From positions 1 to 20,870 of the IMG/VR virus record IMGVR_UViG_2896595138_000005: 20,870 nucleotides of DNA; one strand, 5' to 3'. The notes beneath the pieces are model-generated. The model was not told where the DNA came from and did not search any database. It was given only the letters and a program-made list of their open reading frames with translations. Made by a program: the position numbers and the translations under genes. This stretch comes from a virus. Taxonomy: Duplodnaviria; Heunggongvirae; Uroviricota; Caudoviricetes. Shown here piece after piece: positions 1 through 8,032 of this stretch; position 1 is the stretch's first letter, and every line of letters starts with the position of its first letter.

Positions 1-819
1 ATGTGTCAGGTATTTGGTGTATCCAGGAGCGGTTATTACAACCGGGTACAGCATGAACCCTCAGACAGAAAACAAAGTGATGAGCGGCTAAAACTGGAGA
101 TTAAGGTGGCACATATCCGCACTCGCGAAACATATGGAACCCGGCGGCTCCAGACGGAGCTGGCAGAGAATGGCATCATCGTTGGTCGTGACCGACTGGC
201 ACGTCTTCGTAAGGAGCTAAGGCTACGCTGTAAGCAGAAACGCAAGTTCAGAGCGACTACGAACCCGAACCACAATCTGCCAGTTGCGCCAAATCTGCTG
301 AACCAGACGTTCGCTCCTACAGCACCAAATCAGGTCTGGGTGGCGGACCTGACGTATGTTGCCACACAGGAGGGATGGTTGTACCTCGCTGGCATCAAAG
401 ATGTTTATACGTGCGAAATTGTCGGCTACGCCATGGGAGAGCGCATGACAAAAGAGCTGACAGGTAAAGCCCTGTTTATGGCGCTCAGGAGCCAGCGCCC
501 ACCTGCCGGGCTAATCCACCACTCTGATCGAGGTTCACAGTACTGCGCATACGATTACCGGGTCATACAGGAGCAGTTTGGTCTGAAAACATCAATGTCG
601 CGTAAAGGTAACTGTTACGACAACGCTCCGATGGAAAGCTTCTGGGGAACGCTGAAAAATGAGAGCCTGAGCCACTATCGTTTTAATAACCGGGATGAAG
701 CCATCTCAGTAATACGGGAATACATTGAGATTTTCTACAATCGTCAGCGTCGTCACTCTCGTCTGGGGAATATCTCCCCGGCAGCCTTCAGGGAAAAATA
801 TCATCAGATGGCTGCTTAA
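1..819 (+). CDS. IS3-family transposase OrfB (DDE integrase catalytic domain)
   Basis: 272-aa ORF with recognisable IS3 OrfB features ([24 protein letters not shown]); same protein as 17139..17957. Confidence 0.85.
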   Translation: MCQVFGVSRSGYYNRVQHEPSDRKQSDERLKLEIKVAHIRTRETYGTRRLQTELAENGIIVGRDRLARLRKELRLRCKQKRKFRATTNPNHNLPVAPNLLNQTFAPTAPNQVWVADLTYVATQEGWLYLAGIKDVYTCEIVGYAMGERMTKELTGKALFMALRSQRPPAGLIHHSDRGSQYCAYDYRVIQEQFGLKTSMSRKGNCYDNAPMESFWGTLKNESLSHYRFNNRDEAISVIREYIEIFYNRQRRHSRLGNISPAAFREKYHQMAA

Positions 820-862
820 AAAAAGAACAAATGGTAGTGTCCGCTATTGCCAGTACACCTCA
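1..862 (+). mobile_element. IS3-family insertion sequence (IS600-like), partial right-hand copy; window begins inside the element
   Basis: 1..862 matches 17139..18000 of the complete copy base for base where compared; the two diverge immediately after ...CCAGTACACCTCA. Confidence 0.85.
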
Positions 863-982
863 AAGTGCAAGCTGGTTCTTTAGTTTTGTTACTTCTTCAA
901 GTTCAGTGAACACCCCGGACTTAATTAAAGCGTTACGAGCGATTGTCTCTTTCATTCTCGTTGTTAAGCGGATTGATGACAT
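860..982 (-). pseudogene. truncated small ORF whose stop codon is supplied by the IS terminus
   Basis: GAGG-type RBS 7 nt upstream of the ATG at 982; the reading frame ends at TGA 862..860, which is the terminal TCA of the IS on the other strand. Confidence 0.25.
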
Positions 983-1161
983 ATTAATTCCTCTCAAATA
1001 AGTGGTTTGCTGCCTGATTTCATTTTCTGGCGACCAACACAAGTCACACCCATTTCACTGCGTGGCTTGCGGTAGTAAAGATTGTGCCTGTCTTTTAACC
1101 ACATCAGGCTCGGTGGTTCCTTCACTTTCCACAGTCAAAGGAAAGGAAGGTTCAGCGGCTG

Positions 1162-1578
1162 CTATTGAGGTGCTGGAAGTTCAGAAACCGATTTATCAAA
1201 TGCTTTTCGCTCACGTGAAATAGTTTCTGCCTGATTAATCATTACCTGAGCCTGCTGGCGAACAGCTTCACTGGCAGGCTCTTTTGTTAAGAGCTGTGTA
1301 AAACCCGCGATAATGTTGCTGGCTAACATCTCAAACCGTTTTTTCTGAATATCTCTTGATTCTTCATCAATTGGTGGTTCACTATTGCTTAGTGCCGTTA
1401 CATATACGCGAATTGCCGCTGACCGGACATCATCAGGAAGATGATCAAATGTACTGGCTCTTGTTTTTACAAGTTCGACAATATTTGCCTTCTTAATATC
1501 TTCAGTTTTTTCATCAAGTACTGAGATAAAATTTTTTACTGATGCTTCTAATAACGCTTCTAATTTATTTAAATCCAT
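1162..1578 (-). CDS. hypothetical protein immediately downstream of N (pL operon)
   Basis: 138 aa from the ATG at 1578, with a GAGG RBS; sits 2 nt after the N stop codon. No recognisable family. Confidence 0.45.
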   Translation of the reverse strand: MDLNKLEALLEASVKNFISVLDEKTEDIKKANIVELVKTRASTFDHLPDDVRSAAIRVYVTALSNSEPPIDEESRDIQKKRFEMLASNIIAGFTQLLTKEPASEAVRQQAQVMINQAETISRERKAFDKSVSELPAPQ

Positions 1579-1580
1579 AA

Positions 1581-1964
1581 TTACCTCGCTGTCAGTTGTT
1601 TTGATTTCCGGTAGCCTGCCGCGTAAATGGCTACGTTTGGAAGACATACACCAGTTTCTGGTTGCTTATGTCCAAACTCATTCGCGTACACAATGGCCGC
1701 TCGCTCCAGATTGCGTCTGTATTCTTTCTGTTGCCAGATCACGTCCTGTGCCATGAACTTAATTGGCTTAGCGTCTTCTATGCGCTCAGGCGTTTCGTGA
1801 GTACCTTTAGCCTGAATCTGCGCTCTGCTTAGAGTAGGGCGGTGTAATACTTCTGAACTTATTGCTTCTTCGCGGGCCAGCACGCCGTTAGCTAATGCCT
1901 TTGCCTTTAAACGCTCACGACGACGAGAACGTGAATTGCCTTTGAACTGAGTTCTGCGTGTCAT
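1581..1964 (-). CDS. N: N-family transcription antitermination protein (P22 gp24 / Stx-phage N type)
   Basis: 127 aa with an N-terminal arginine-rich motif (NSRSRRRERLKAK) and a C-terminus YAAGYRKSKQLTAR typical of the N family; lies downstream of OL and a boxB hairpin. Confidence 0.8.
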   Translation of the reverse strand: MTRRTQFKGNSRSRRRERLKAKALANGVLAREEAISSEVLHRPTLSRAQIQAKGTHETPERIEDAKPIKFMAQDVIWQQKEYRRNLERAAIVYANEFGHKQPETGVCLPNVAIYAAGYRKSKQLTAR

Positions 1965-2128
1965 ATAGACCTCCTGATGAACTTTGGTGGTGTGGTAGGT
2001 GGGAGACCCATTTTGACCTGTTTCGGCCTACTTCAATTCGGCAATAGTCCCGCAGGCCTCGCCGCTTTACGTGCGACATATTCCCGTCCATGAACCCTTC
2101 ACCACACCCAAAGTTCACTTTGGTTATT

Positions 2129-2143
2129 GCGCTTTGTCAGCGC
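2129..2143 (-). promoter_or_regulatory. nutL boxB-like hairpin
   Basis: Minus-strand GCGCTGACAAAGCGC: 5-bp stem with GACAA pentaloop, between OL and the N start. Confidence 0.55.
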
Positions 2144-2214
2144 CGTAGATTCATATTCGAATCGTTGTATATTCACCGCCCTGGTGAGTAGTGCGTCCTG
2201 CTGATGGCTTAAAG

Positions 2215-2300
2215 ATAACCTAGGTTATAGCGGCGGTCAATAACTTAATTTATGGATTCTGATAAATAAGTTATAAGTGATGGATAATAAAGGTATTTTA
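2215..2300. promoter_or_regulatory. OL operator cluster / pL region
   Basis: Repeated near-palindromic sites ATAACCTAGGTTAT (2215..2228, perfect palindrome), ATAACTTAATTTAT (2240..2253) and ATAAATAAGTTAT (2262..2274), sharing half-sites with the sites in front of cI. Confidence 0.6.
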
Positions 2301-2410
2301 TTTTTGTAAATGTTGCGGATTGGTCGGTATTGGAAGGGGGGCGCTGTATTGCTGGCGTGTTGGTTCGTGGTTTACCGCATTTGCGGCTGTTAAATATGGG
2401 GGACGATCGC

Positions 2411-2445
2411 GAGGCAAAGAAAACCCGGCGCGGAAGCCGGGTTTG
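2411..2445 (-). terminator. rho-independent terminator after the 44-aa ORF
   Basis: Minus-strand AACCCGGC-loop-GCCGGGTT stem followed by TTTTCTTTG. Confidence 0.55.
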
Positions 2446-2459
2446 AGATTTAGTTATTT

Positions 2460-2594
2460 TCAGCAGCTCGGATAAGAGCGGAAGTGCTGACGAACATGTT
2501 CGAGCTCACCGAAACGTATGCGGCAGTAACTGCGCACATAAACCGGCTTGTCGTGTTCGTAGATGAAGTCATCGCGATTAACATCGTGAGCCAT
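2460..2594 (-). CDS. small hypothetical protein (44 aa) not in the supplied ORF track
   Basis: Hand-translated from the minus strand as MAHDVNRDDFIYEHDKPVYVRSYCRIRFGELEHVRQHFRSYPSC; AGGAG RBS 7 nt upstream of the ATG at 2594; terminator follows 16 nt after the stop. Confidence 0.45.
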   Translation of the reverse strand: MAHDVNRDDFIYEHDKPVYVRSYCRIRFGELEHVRQHFRSYPSC

Positions 2595-2715
2595 AGCTTT
2601 TCTCCTGTTTTTGTATACAGCCTGTTTACCCGAACAGGTTGTAGTTTGTTGGGAGAACCGCTATCCTTGGCTTGCGGTTGCCAAGGGTGTAGCGGTAGGT
2701 AATCCTCCATACACT

Positions 2716-2740
2716 TCGGAAATACTGGATATATTTCCGA
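2716..2740. promoter_or_regulatory. perfect 9-bp inverted repeat, candidate operator or hairpin
   Basis: TCGGAAATA-N7-TATTTCCGA, between the terminator of the 177-aa gene and the 44-aa ORF. Confidence 0.35.
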
Positions 2741-2768
2741 CCCAAAAAGCCCCGTTCCCTCGGGCTTT
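2741..2768 (-). terminator. rho-independent terminator after the 177-aa gene
   Basis: Minus-strand AGCCCGAGGGAACGGGGCT stem-loop followed by TTTTT, starting at the TAA stop codon. Confidence 0.5.
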
Positions 2769-3300
2769 ATTCTTTTGTTCCGCCATCAATCATCGCAAAA
2801 GATTCCACAATCAGACTGATACGCTTGGCTTCATCTTTTGTCAGGTCGCGAGGCAGGTTGCCAATGGTGACGATAAGATCTCCGCGCAATGGAATCGGCA
2901 GTTCAAATGTTTTTACACCAACCTGTACGTCAGCTACCGCCTTCTTCTTAGGTGCCATCTTTTTACGCTCCTTTTTTTTATTTACATCACCAACTGACAC
3001 ATTAATCTCACCATTCTGGTAGGAGATAAATTTATCAATAGCACTTTGCATTCGGCTTTTGTATGCCTGCAAAGATGATTCAGAGGGTTTGCTTTCTGCT
3101 GAGTCTGCGTACGAACTTGCTAAGTTGGCAACGCTATAATCACGGATATCGGCATCGGTGAAATCCGCCCCAAGAACAGTAAGAAGGCGCAGGGAAGAGT
3201 CACGGAGATTGCGGGCTGTAGCATCATTGACGATACCAAGCTCAGGAAGCATCTGTAAGAAGTCCTGAAATGCTTTGATGGTGTAGCTTTTGGTTTGCAT
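2767..3300 (-). CDS. hypothetical protein (177 aa) in the cI-to-OL cargo position
   Basis: Long ORF with a lysine-rich central linker (NKKKERKKMAPKKK); no recognisable family; flanked by its own 5' hairpin and 3' terminator. Confidence 0.6.
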   Translation of the reverse strand: MQTKSYTIKAFQDFLQMLPELGIVNDATARNLRDSSLRLLTVLGADFTDADIRDYSVANLASSYADSAESKPSESSLQAYKSRMQSAIDKFISYQNGEINVSVGDVNKKKERKKMAPKKKAVADVQVGVKTFELPIPLRGDLIVTIGNLPRDLTKDEAKRISLIVESFAMIDGGTKE

Positions 3301-3575
3301 AAAAAAGCCTCATACAGTTGATGAGGCAATACTAATTTGATCGTCAAAACAAATCAAGACCCAAGAAACGATCGTTGATTCCTTTCTTTGTGACAATACA
3401 GTCAAATCAAGTTTTACAAGGATTACTTTTCTTCGATTACATTAAAGGCCGCACTTCTGCGACCATCCATCACCAAAATGTCTCTTCACTCATCCGAAGA
3501 AGCAGCAATCCGGGTCAGCACGCACAAGCTCAAGCGCATCAGTCAGCGAAAGTTCAGTACTGTACTGATGCCATT

Positions 3576-3830
3576 TCATATCCTTCCGCATCCAATAGAT
3601 TTTCCATCTATCCAGAGAACGTATGTACTTGATTCTTGCTGATGGCAGGATGTTTGTTTCACCTGGGTTGCCCTGCCACACGGGCGCTGTTCGCCGATAT
3701 CTATCGTTTGGTCATTGATGCTATAAACAATATCCAGTTCATTGCGGATATGTTCAGGCGGCCTTATGCTTTCAATGAATTGGTGAACTTCTTTTTTGAC
3801 CGCTTGATATTCAAGGTCAGTGAACGCCAT
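3576..3830 (-). CDS. hypothetical protein (84 aa) co-transcribed with cI
   Basis: GAGGAGG RBS 5 nt upstream of the ATG; starts 37 nt after the cI stop on the same strand; no recognisable family. Confidence 0.55.
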   Translation of the reverse strand: MAFTDLEYQAVKKEVHQFIESIRPPEHIRNELDIVYSINDQTIDIGEQRPCGRATQVKQTSCHQQESSTYVLWIDGKSIGCGRI

Positions 3831-3867
3831 CTATCCTCCTCACCCAAACGTTTCTTCAGGCCACTGG

Positions 3868-4575
3868 TTACCAGCTATGCGATGACCAGAATACTCTGCC
3901 AATAATCCTTACGGTTTTATGAAATTCATCTCTATCCATTACTTCATCCGGGTACTCTTCGCGATTTATTGATCTGATTATCACCGATGTAGGAGTGGCG
4001 ATTAATGTTTTTACTCGCAACAAATCAGACTGGCAAATAGCGTAGGTTTTACCATCTCTGATGGTGGTATCTTGTGTGTTAACACCAACAACATCGCCAT
4101 CGTGAAGAGTTGGTTCCATGCTTTGACCTGTTACCCTTACCAGCTTGGCAGAACTTTCAGTTACCCCCATCTTTTTCAGATAGTACTTTCTGAAAACCAA
4201 AGAGAACTCTGATGATTCTTCTATCTCGCAGCTACCGCTTCCAGCCGAAAGCGAAACGTTAAGAAGAGGCAATGCGACAAACTCGTCATCGTTTTTTTTA
4301 ATGTCTTCCCATACCACAGCTTTTAAAGATGACTCACGGATATTGGATGGTTCTTCATGTGTACCATCCCTCATTTCACCAATACCAGAACTAAGCCATT
4401 CAGGGCGTACTTTTAAAGCATTAGCTAACTCAACCATCTTGCGAGATCCGTTTGTTTTACCGGATGACATCTTCTGTATGGCTGGCTGAGATATTCCAAC
4501 CATGTCCGCAAGCTGTGATTGCGACACCCCTGCCGATCTCATGGCTGCATTTAGTCTTTCTGCGAATGTTTTCAT
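3868..4575 (-). CDS. cI: CI-type prophage repressor (N-terminal HTH, C-terminal S24 LexA-like autopeptidase domain)
   Basis: HTH-like segment QSQLADMVGISQPAIQKM and a C-terminal S24-like region (VTGQSMEPTLHDGDVV, LRVKTL). Start placed at MKTFAERL (4575) rather than the first in-frame ATG (4605) because an operator site lies between them. Confidence 0.8.
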   Translation of the reverse strand: MKTFAERLNAAMRSAGVSQSQLADMVGISQPAIQKMSSGKTNGSRKMVELANALKVRPEWLSSGIGEMRDGTHEEPSNIRESSLKAVVWEDIKKNDDEFVALPLLNVSLSAGSGSCEIEESSEFSLVFRKYYLKKMGVTESSAKLVRVTGQSMEPTLHDGDVVGVNTQDTTIRDGKTYAICQSDLLRVKTLIATPTSVIIRSINREEYPDEVMDRDEFHKTVRIIGRVFWSSHSW

Positions 4576-4587
4576 ATCCACAAATCT

Positions 4588-4662
4588 ATAACTACGGTTA
4601 TCCAAAGTAAAATAATAAAGGTTATTGCTATCTTTTATAACTTGGGTTATCCTTGGTTATAA
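4588..4662. promoter_or_regulatory. OR operator cluster with divergent pRM/pR
   Basis: ATAACTACGGTTAT (4588..4601), ATAAAGGTTAT (4615..4625), ATAACTTGGGTTAT (4637..4650) and GGTTATAA (4655..4662), between the divergent cI and cro starts. Confidence 0.6.
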
Positions 4663-4686
4663 GCAATGGCTGAAAGAGGTATGCTC

Positions 4687-4911
4687 ATGAATTTAGTAAT
4701 TCAACGAGCCTTGAAGATTGTCGGTAGTCAAAAGCGGCTTGCCGACAAGTGTGGTGTAACGCAGCCAGCAGTACACAAATGGCTGAAAGGCGGGCAGGTT
4801 TCTCCAGAGAAAGTTACCGCCATCGTTAACGCCACTGGAGGGCAGATCAAGGCTTACGAAATTCGCCCAGATTTACCACACCTGTTTCCAAAACCGAATC
4901 AGGCAGCATAA
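4687..4911 (+). CDS. cro: Cro-like HTH repressor
   Basis: Small HTH protein (KRLADKCGVTQPAVHKWLKG) divergent from cI; AGAGGT RBS favours the ATG at 4687 over the ORF-track start at 4666. Confidence 0.7.
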   Translation: MNLVIQRALKIVGSQKRLADKCGVTQPAVHKWLKGGQVSPEKVTAIVNATGGQIKAYEIRPDLPHLFPKPNQAA

Positions 4912-4949
4912 GTAACACCGCTATTTTCACAATGGGCATTCGTCCTACG

Positions 4950-4964
4950 TCGCTGACAAAGCGA
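4950..4964 (+). promoter_or_regulatory. nutR boxB-like hairpin
   Basis: TCGCTGACAAAGCGA, same GACAA pentaloop as nutL, between cro and cII; a boxA-like CGCTATTTTCACAA lies about 25 nt upstream. Confidence 0.5.
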
Positions 4965-5049
4965 GCCCCAAGATATCTGACCAACTAAGGCCATATGCGT
5001 TTCCATGCATACCTTTCAACTAACTATTCACTATTGGAAATCTTAAGAA

Positions 5050-5349
5050 ATGGAACAAACAAGTTACAGCAAACTATCACAGCGCGACGTTGATCGCGCA
5101 GAAACAGATTTACTTATCAACCTGTCAACGCTTACACAGCGCGGTCTGGCAAAGATGATTGGCTGCCATGAATCGAAGATCAGTCGTACCGACTGGCGGT
5201 TTATTGCTTCGGTCTTGTGTGCTTTCGGAATGGCATCAGACATCAGTCCGATTAGCAGGGCTTTTAAGTATGCGCTTGATGGACTCACCAATAAAAAACG
5301 CCCGGTGTGCAAAACCGAGCGTTCTGAACAAATCCAGATGGAATTTTAA
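5050..5349 (+). CDS. cII: CII-like transcriptional activator
   Basis: 99-aa HTH protein (TQRGLAKMIGCHESKISR) in the canonical position after cro and nutR. Confidence 0.65.
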   Translation: MEQTSYSKLSQRDVDRAETDLLINLSTLTQRGLAKMIGCHESKISRTDWRFIASVLCAFGMASDISPISRAFKYALDGLTNKKRPVCKTERSEQIQMEF

Positions 5350-5371
5350 CAACATCCAACGAGGTAATTAT

Positions 5372-5643
5372 ATGCGAAACAAAGGCTTTAATCCACCTGA
5401 TACACACAAAGAAGCTAAGCGTTTGCGCTTCCTTCGTTCCATTGATGAAAGAACTCAAATCTCTTTTGTGAAAGTTGCCAGAACTGAGCTTCTGAAAGCT
5501 GAGGCGAGGGCGTTGCTCCCGCCTCTACCAAAAGAGGAGGGATATACGTTCATTCCAAACGCATTTCTGGAAAAGCTGCTCAAAGAAGACATATCCGTAA
5601 GTCAGTTTAACGATGTTCTTAAGGTCTTTCGTCAAGGCAGGTA
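5372..5643 (+). CDS. hypothetical protein between cII and the replication genes
   Basis: 90 aa from an internal ATG with a GAGG RBS, inside the longer ORF-track frame 5159..5644. Confidence 0.4.
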
Positions 5644-5646
5644 GTG

Positions 5647-6531
5647 ATGAGCAATACAGCAAAAATCTACGATTTCAGCGCCGCACACGAGCGCAGGAGC
5701 AACAGGATGGAGAACCAGAAAACTGGTTACATTCCGTTGTACCGGAGCATTCTGAAACAGTCATGGGCGAAAGATGTTTATCTTCGCACCCTGTGGGAAA
5801 ACCTTCTCCTGAATGCTGCCAGAAAGCCATACAAAGCGAATTTCAAAGGTCATGAATGGCATGTGCAACCCGGTCAACTGGTTGTGACAGCAGCTGATTT
5901 AGGTCTTCAGTTATGCGACAGGCATGGCAAGCCAGCAAGCCGTGATCAGGTTGAGCGGATGCTTCAGGTTTTTGTGAAAGAGGGGATGATCTCCATTGAT
6001 GGAGAGAAGCAAAAAGGTCGTGTGATCACCATCACAAATTACCATGAATATGCTCAAAAAATGGACAATTCACCCGCACATGAAGCCGCACAAACAACCG
6101 CACATCATGAACAAGAAGGTATTAACAAGAATATAAATAATATCTCTAATACTGACGTATTAGAGAGTGCCACAGCAGACAAAAAGTCTGACAAGAAAAA
6201 ACCTTCCGTTAGCTGTCAGGATGTTGTCGATGCTTACCACGAAATCCTTCCTGAAGCGCCAAGAATCCGCGCACTGAATGACAAGCGTAAAAACCAGATC
6301 CGAACGTTCTGGCGCAAAGCCGGAGTGATAACCCGCCAGCTTGACGGGCATGGGTTCACGATGCAGGACTGGAGAAATTATTTGAGCTACGTAGGCGAAA
6401 ATTGCCGATGGATGTTCGAAGAGCGCCCAAACCATCAGCGCGGAACCGTCTGGCACAAAAAGGGATTTGATTACCTGCTTAACGATAATACCTACCTGAA
6501 AGTTCGTGAGGGTGAACACGATGACCGATAA
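5647..6531 (+). CDS. phage replication initiation protein (O-like)
   Basis: 294 aa in the O position, ending 11 nt inside the start of the helicase gene; assignment is by position and general resemblance. Confidence 0.6.
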   Translation: MSNTAKIYDFSAAHERRSNRMENQKTGYIPLYRSILKQSWAKDVYLRTLWENLLLNAARKPYKANFKGHEWHVQPGQLVVTAADLGLQLCDRHGKPASRDQVERMLQVFVKEGMISIDGEKQKGRVITITNYHEYAQKMDNSPAHEAAQTTAHHEQEGINKNINNISNTDVLESATADKKSDKKKPSVSCQDVVDAYHEILPEAPRIRALNDKRKNQIRTFWRKAGVITRQLDGHGFTMQDWRNYLSYVGENCRWMFEERPNHQRGTVWHKKGFDYLLNDNTYLKVREGEHDDR

Positions 6532-7957
6532 TTTTTATGCGCCGCCCCATAGCATCGAGGCAGAGCAGGCGGTGATTGGTGGATTGCTTCTGGATGATGA
6601 CAGCAGTGAGCGCGTCCAGAAGGTTCTTGCGATGCTGAAGCCTGACTCATTTTACAGCCGGCCACACAAAATCCTTTTCGAAGAAATAACCAGAATGCAC
6701 CGGGAGCAAAAGCCAGTAGATGGCCTGACGCTTTTCGATGAACTGGAGCGTAAATCGTTAACGGCGTCTGTTGGCGGTTTTGCTTATATCGCTGAGATCG
6801 CAAAGAACACGCCAAGCGCCGCAAACATCGTTGCCTATGCAATGCAGGTTCGCGAAACCGCAATGGAACGCTACGCCATCAACCGCATGACTGAAGCGAC
6901 GGAATTGCTCTATTCCCGCAACGGAATGACTGCAACGCAGAAGTACGAAGCTATTCAGGCGATTTTCACGCAACTGACAGACCATGCAAAAACCGGATCA
7001 CGTCGCGGCCTTCGCTCATTTGGTGAGGTCATGGAAGACTGGGTTAGCGACCTTGAGAAGCGTTTTGACCCGTCAGGCGAACAACGAGGAATGAGCACAG
7101 GGATCCCATCGCTGGACAGGATGCTGTCACCGAAAGGTCTGGTGAAAGGCTCTCTGTTTGTCATTGGCGCTCGCCCTAAGATGGGGAAAACGACGCTATA
7201 CAGCCAGATGGCAATCAACTGCGCAGTGCATGAGAAAAAGCCCGCTCTGATGTTCAGCCTTGAAATGCCAGGTGATCAGATACTGGAAAAACTGGTAGGG
7301 CAGAAGTCTGGTGTTAACCCGAATATTTTTTACCTTCCGGCGACAAATGACGCCGATGACGGCTATCAGGGTGATTACGATGGTGACTTCAACAGGGCGA
7401 TCGAAACAGCCAATCGCTTGAGTGAAATCGACCTGCTTTACATCGACGACACGCCGGGATTATCTCTGGCTCAAATCGTCAGCGAAAGCCGTCGAATCAA
7501 GCGAGAAAAAGGATGTGTTGGCATGATTCTGGTCGATTACCTGACACTAATGACCGCTGAAAAGGCCGATCGCAACGACCTTGCCTACGGCATGATCACC
7601 AAAGGACTGAAGAACCTTGCCAAAGAGCTTGATTGCGTTGTTGTGCTTCTGACGCAGCTTAACCGCGCACTGGAAAGCCGAACCAATAAACGCCCATTAC
7701 CAAGTGACTCACGAGATACAGGGCAGATTGAACAGGATTGCGATTATTGGGTGGGGATCCATCGTGAAGGTGCTTTTGATGACAGTGTTCCACCTGGTGA
7801 AACCGAACTAATCCTTCGTCTCAATCGTCATGGCAATACCGGCACGGTGTATTGCATTCAGGCAAATGGAGCTATTTATGACACAGACCAACAGTCTGCT
7901 GAAATGCGCCGCCGTGAACGCGAGGAACCGCAGTCCAAGAAGAAAGGAGGATTCTGA
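6521..7957 (+). CDS. replicative DNA helicase, DnaB family (P-equivalent)
   Basis: DnaB N-terminal signature PPHSIEAEQAVIGGLLLD and Walker A GARPKMGKT; GAGGGTG RBS before the ATG at 6521. Confidence 0.85.
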   Translation: MTDNFYAPPHSIEAEQAVIGGLLLDDDSSERVQKVLAMLKPDSFYSRPHKILFEEITRMHREQKPVDGLTLFDELERKSLTASVGGFAYIAEIAKNTPSAANIVAYAMQVRETAMERYAINRMTEATELLYSRNGMTATQKYEAIQAIFTQLTDHAKTGSRRGLRSFGEVMEDWVSDLEKRFDPSGEQRGMSTGIPSLDRMLSPKGLVKGSLFVIGARPKMGKTTLYSQMAINCAVHEKKPALMFSLEMPGDQILEKLVGQKSGVNPNIFYLPATNDADDGYQGDYDGDFNRAIETANRLSEIDLLYIDDTPGLSLAQIVSESRRIKREKGCVGMILVDYLTLMTAEKADRNDLAYGMITKGLKNLAKELDCVVVLLTQLNRALESRTNKRPLPSDSRDTGQIEQDCDYWVGIHREGAFDDSVPPGETELILRLNRHGNTGTVYCIQANGAIYDTDQQSAEMRRREREEPQSKKKGGF

Positions 7958-7985
7958 TGACCATCTACATCACTGAGCTAATAAC

Positions 7986-8017
7986 AGGCCTGCTGGTAAT
8001 CGCAGGCCTTTTTATTT
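7986..8017 (+). terminator. rho-independent terminator (tR2-like) between helicase and ninB
   Basis: AGGCCTGC-loop-GCAGGCCT stem followed by TTTTTATTT. Confidence 0.6.
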
Positions 8018-8032
8018 GGGGAGAGGGAAGTC

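Noticed and set aside
36-275. 79-aa minus-strand ORF inside the IS orfB (repeated at 17174..17413)
   Set aside because: Antisense to a well-supported transposase gene, with no RBS; an open-frame artefact.
1002-1223. 73-aa plus-strand ORF
   Set aside because: Overlaps minus-strand genes in the pL operon; no RBS and no family resemblance.
2450-2710. 86-aa minus-strand ORF (and 2484..2702 and 2611..2997 on the plus strand)
   Set aside because: No RBS at its start. The 44-aa frame at 2460..2594, which has an AGGAG RBS and a following terminator, is the better model. The plus-strand ORFs run antisense to supported genes.
3375-3681. Overlapping ORFs in the gap between the 84-aa and 177-aa genes
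   Set aside because: Low-complexity translations with no start signals; the gap is better explained as regulatory DNA.
7957-7986. 9-codon ORF overlapping the helicase stop
   Set aside because: Too short and lies within the terminator region; probably fortuitous.
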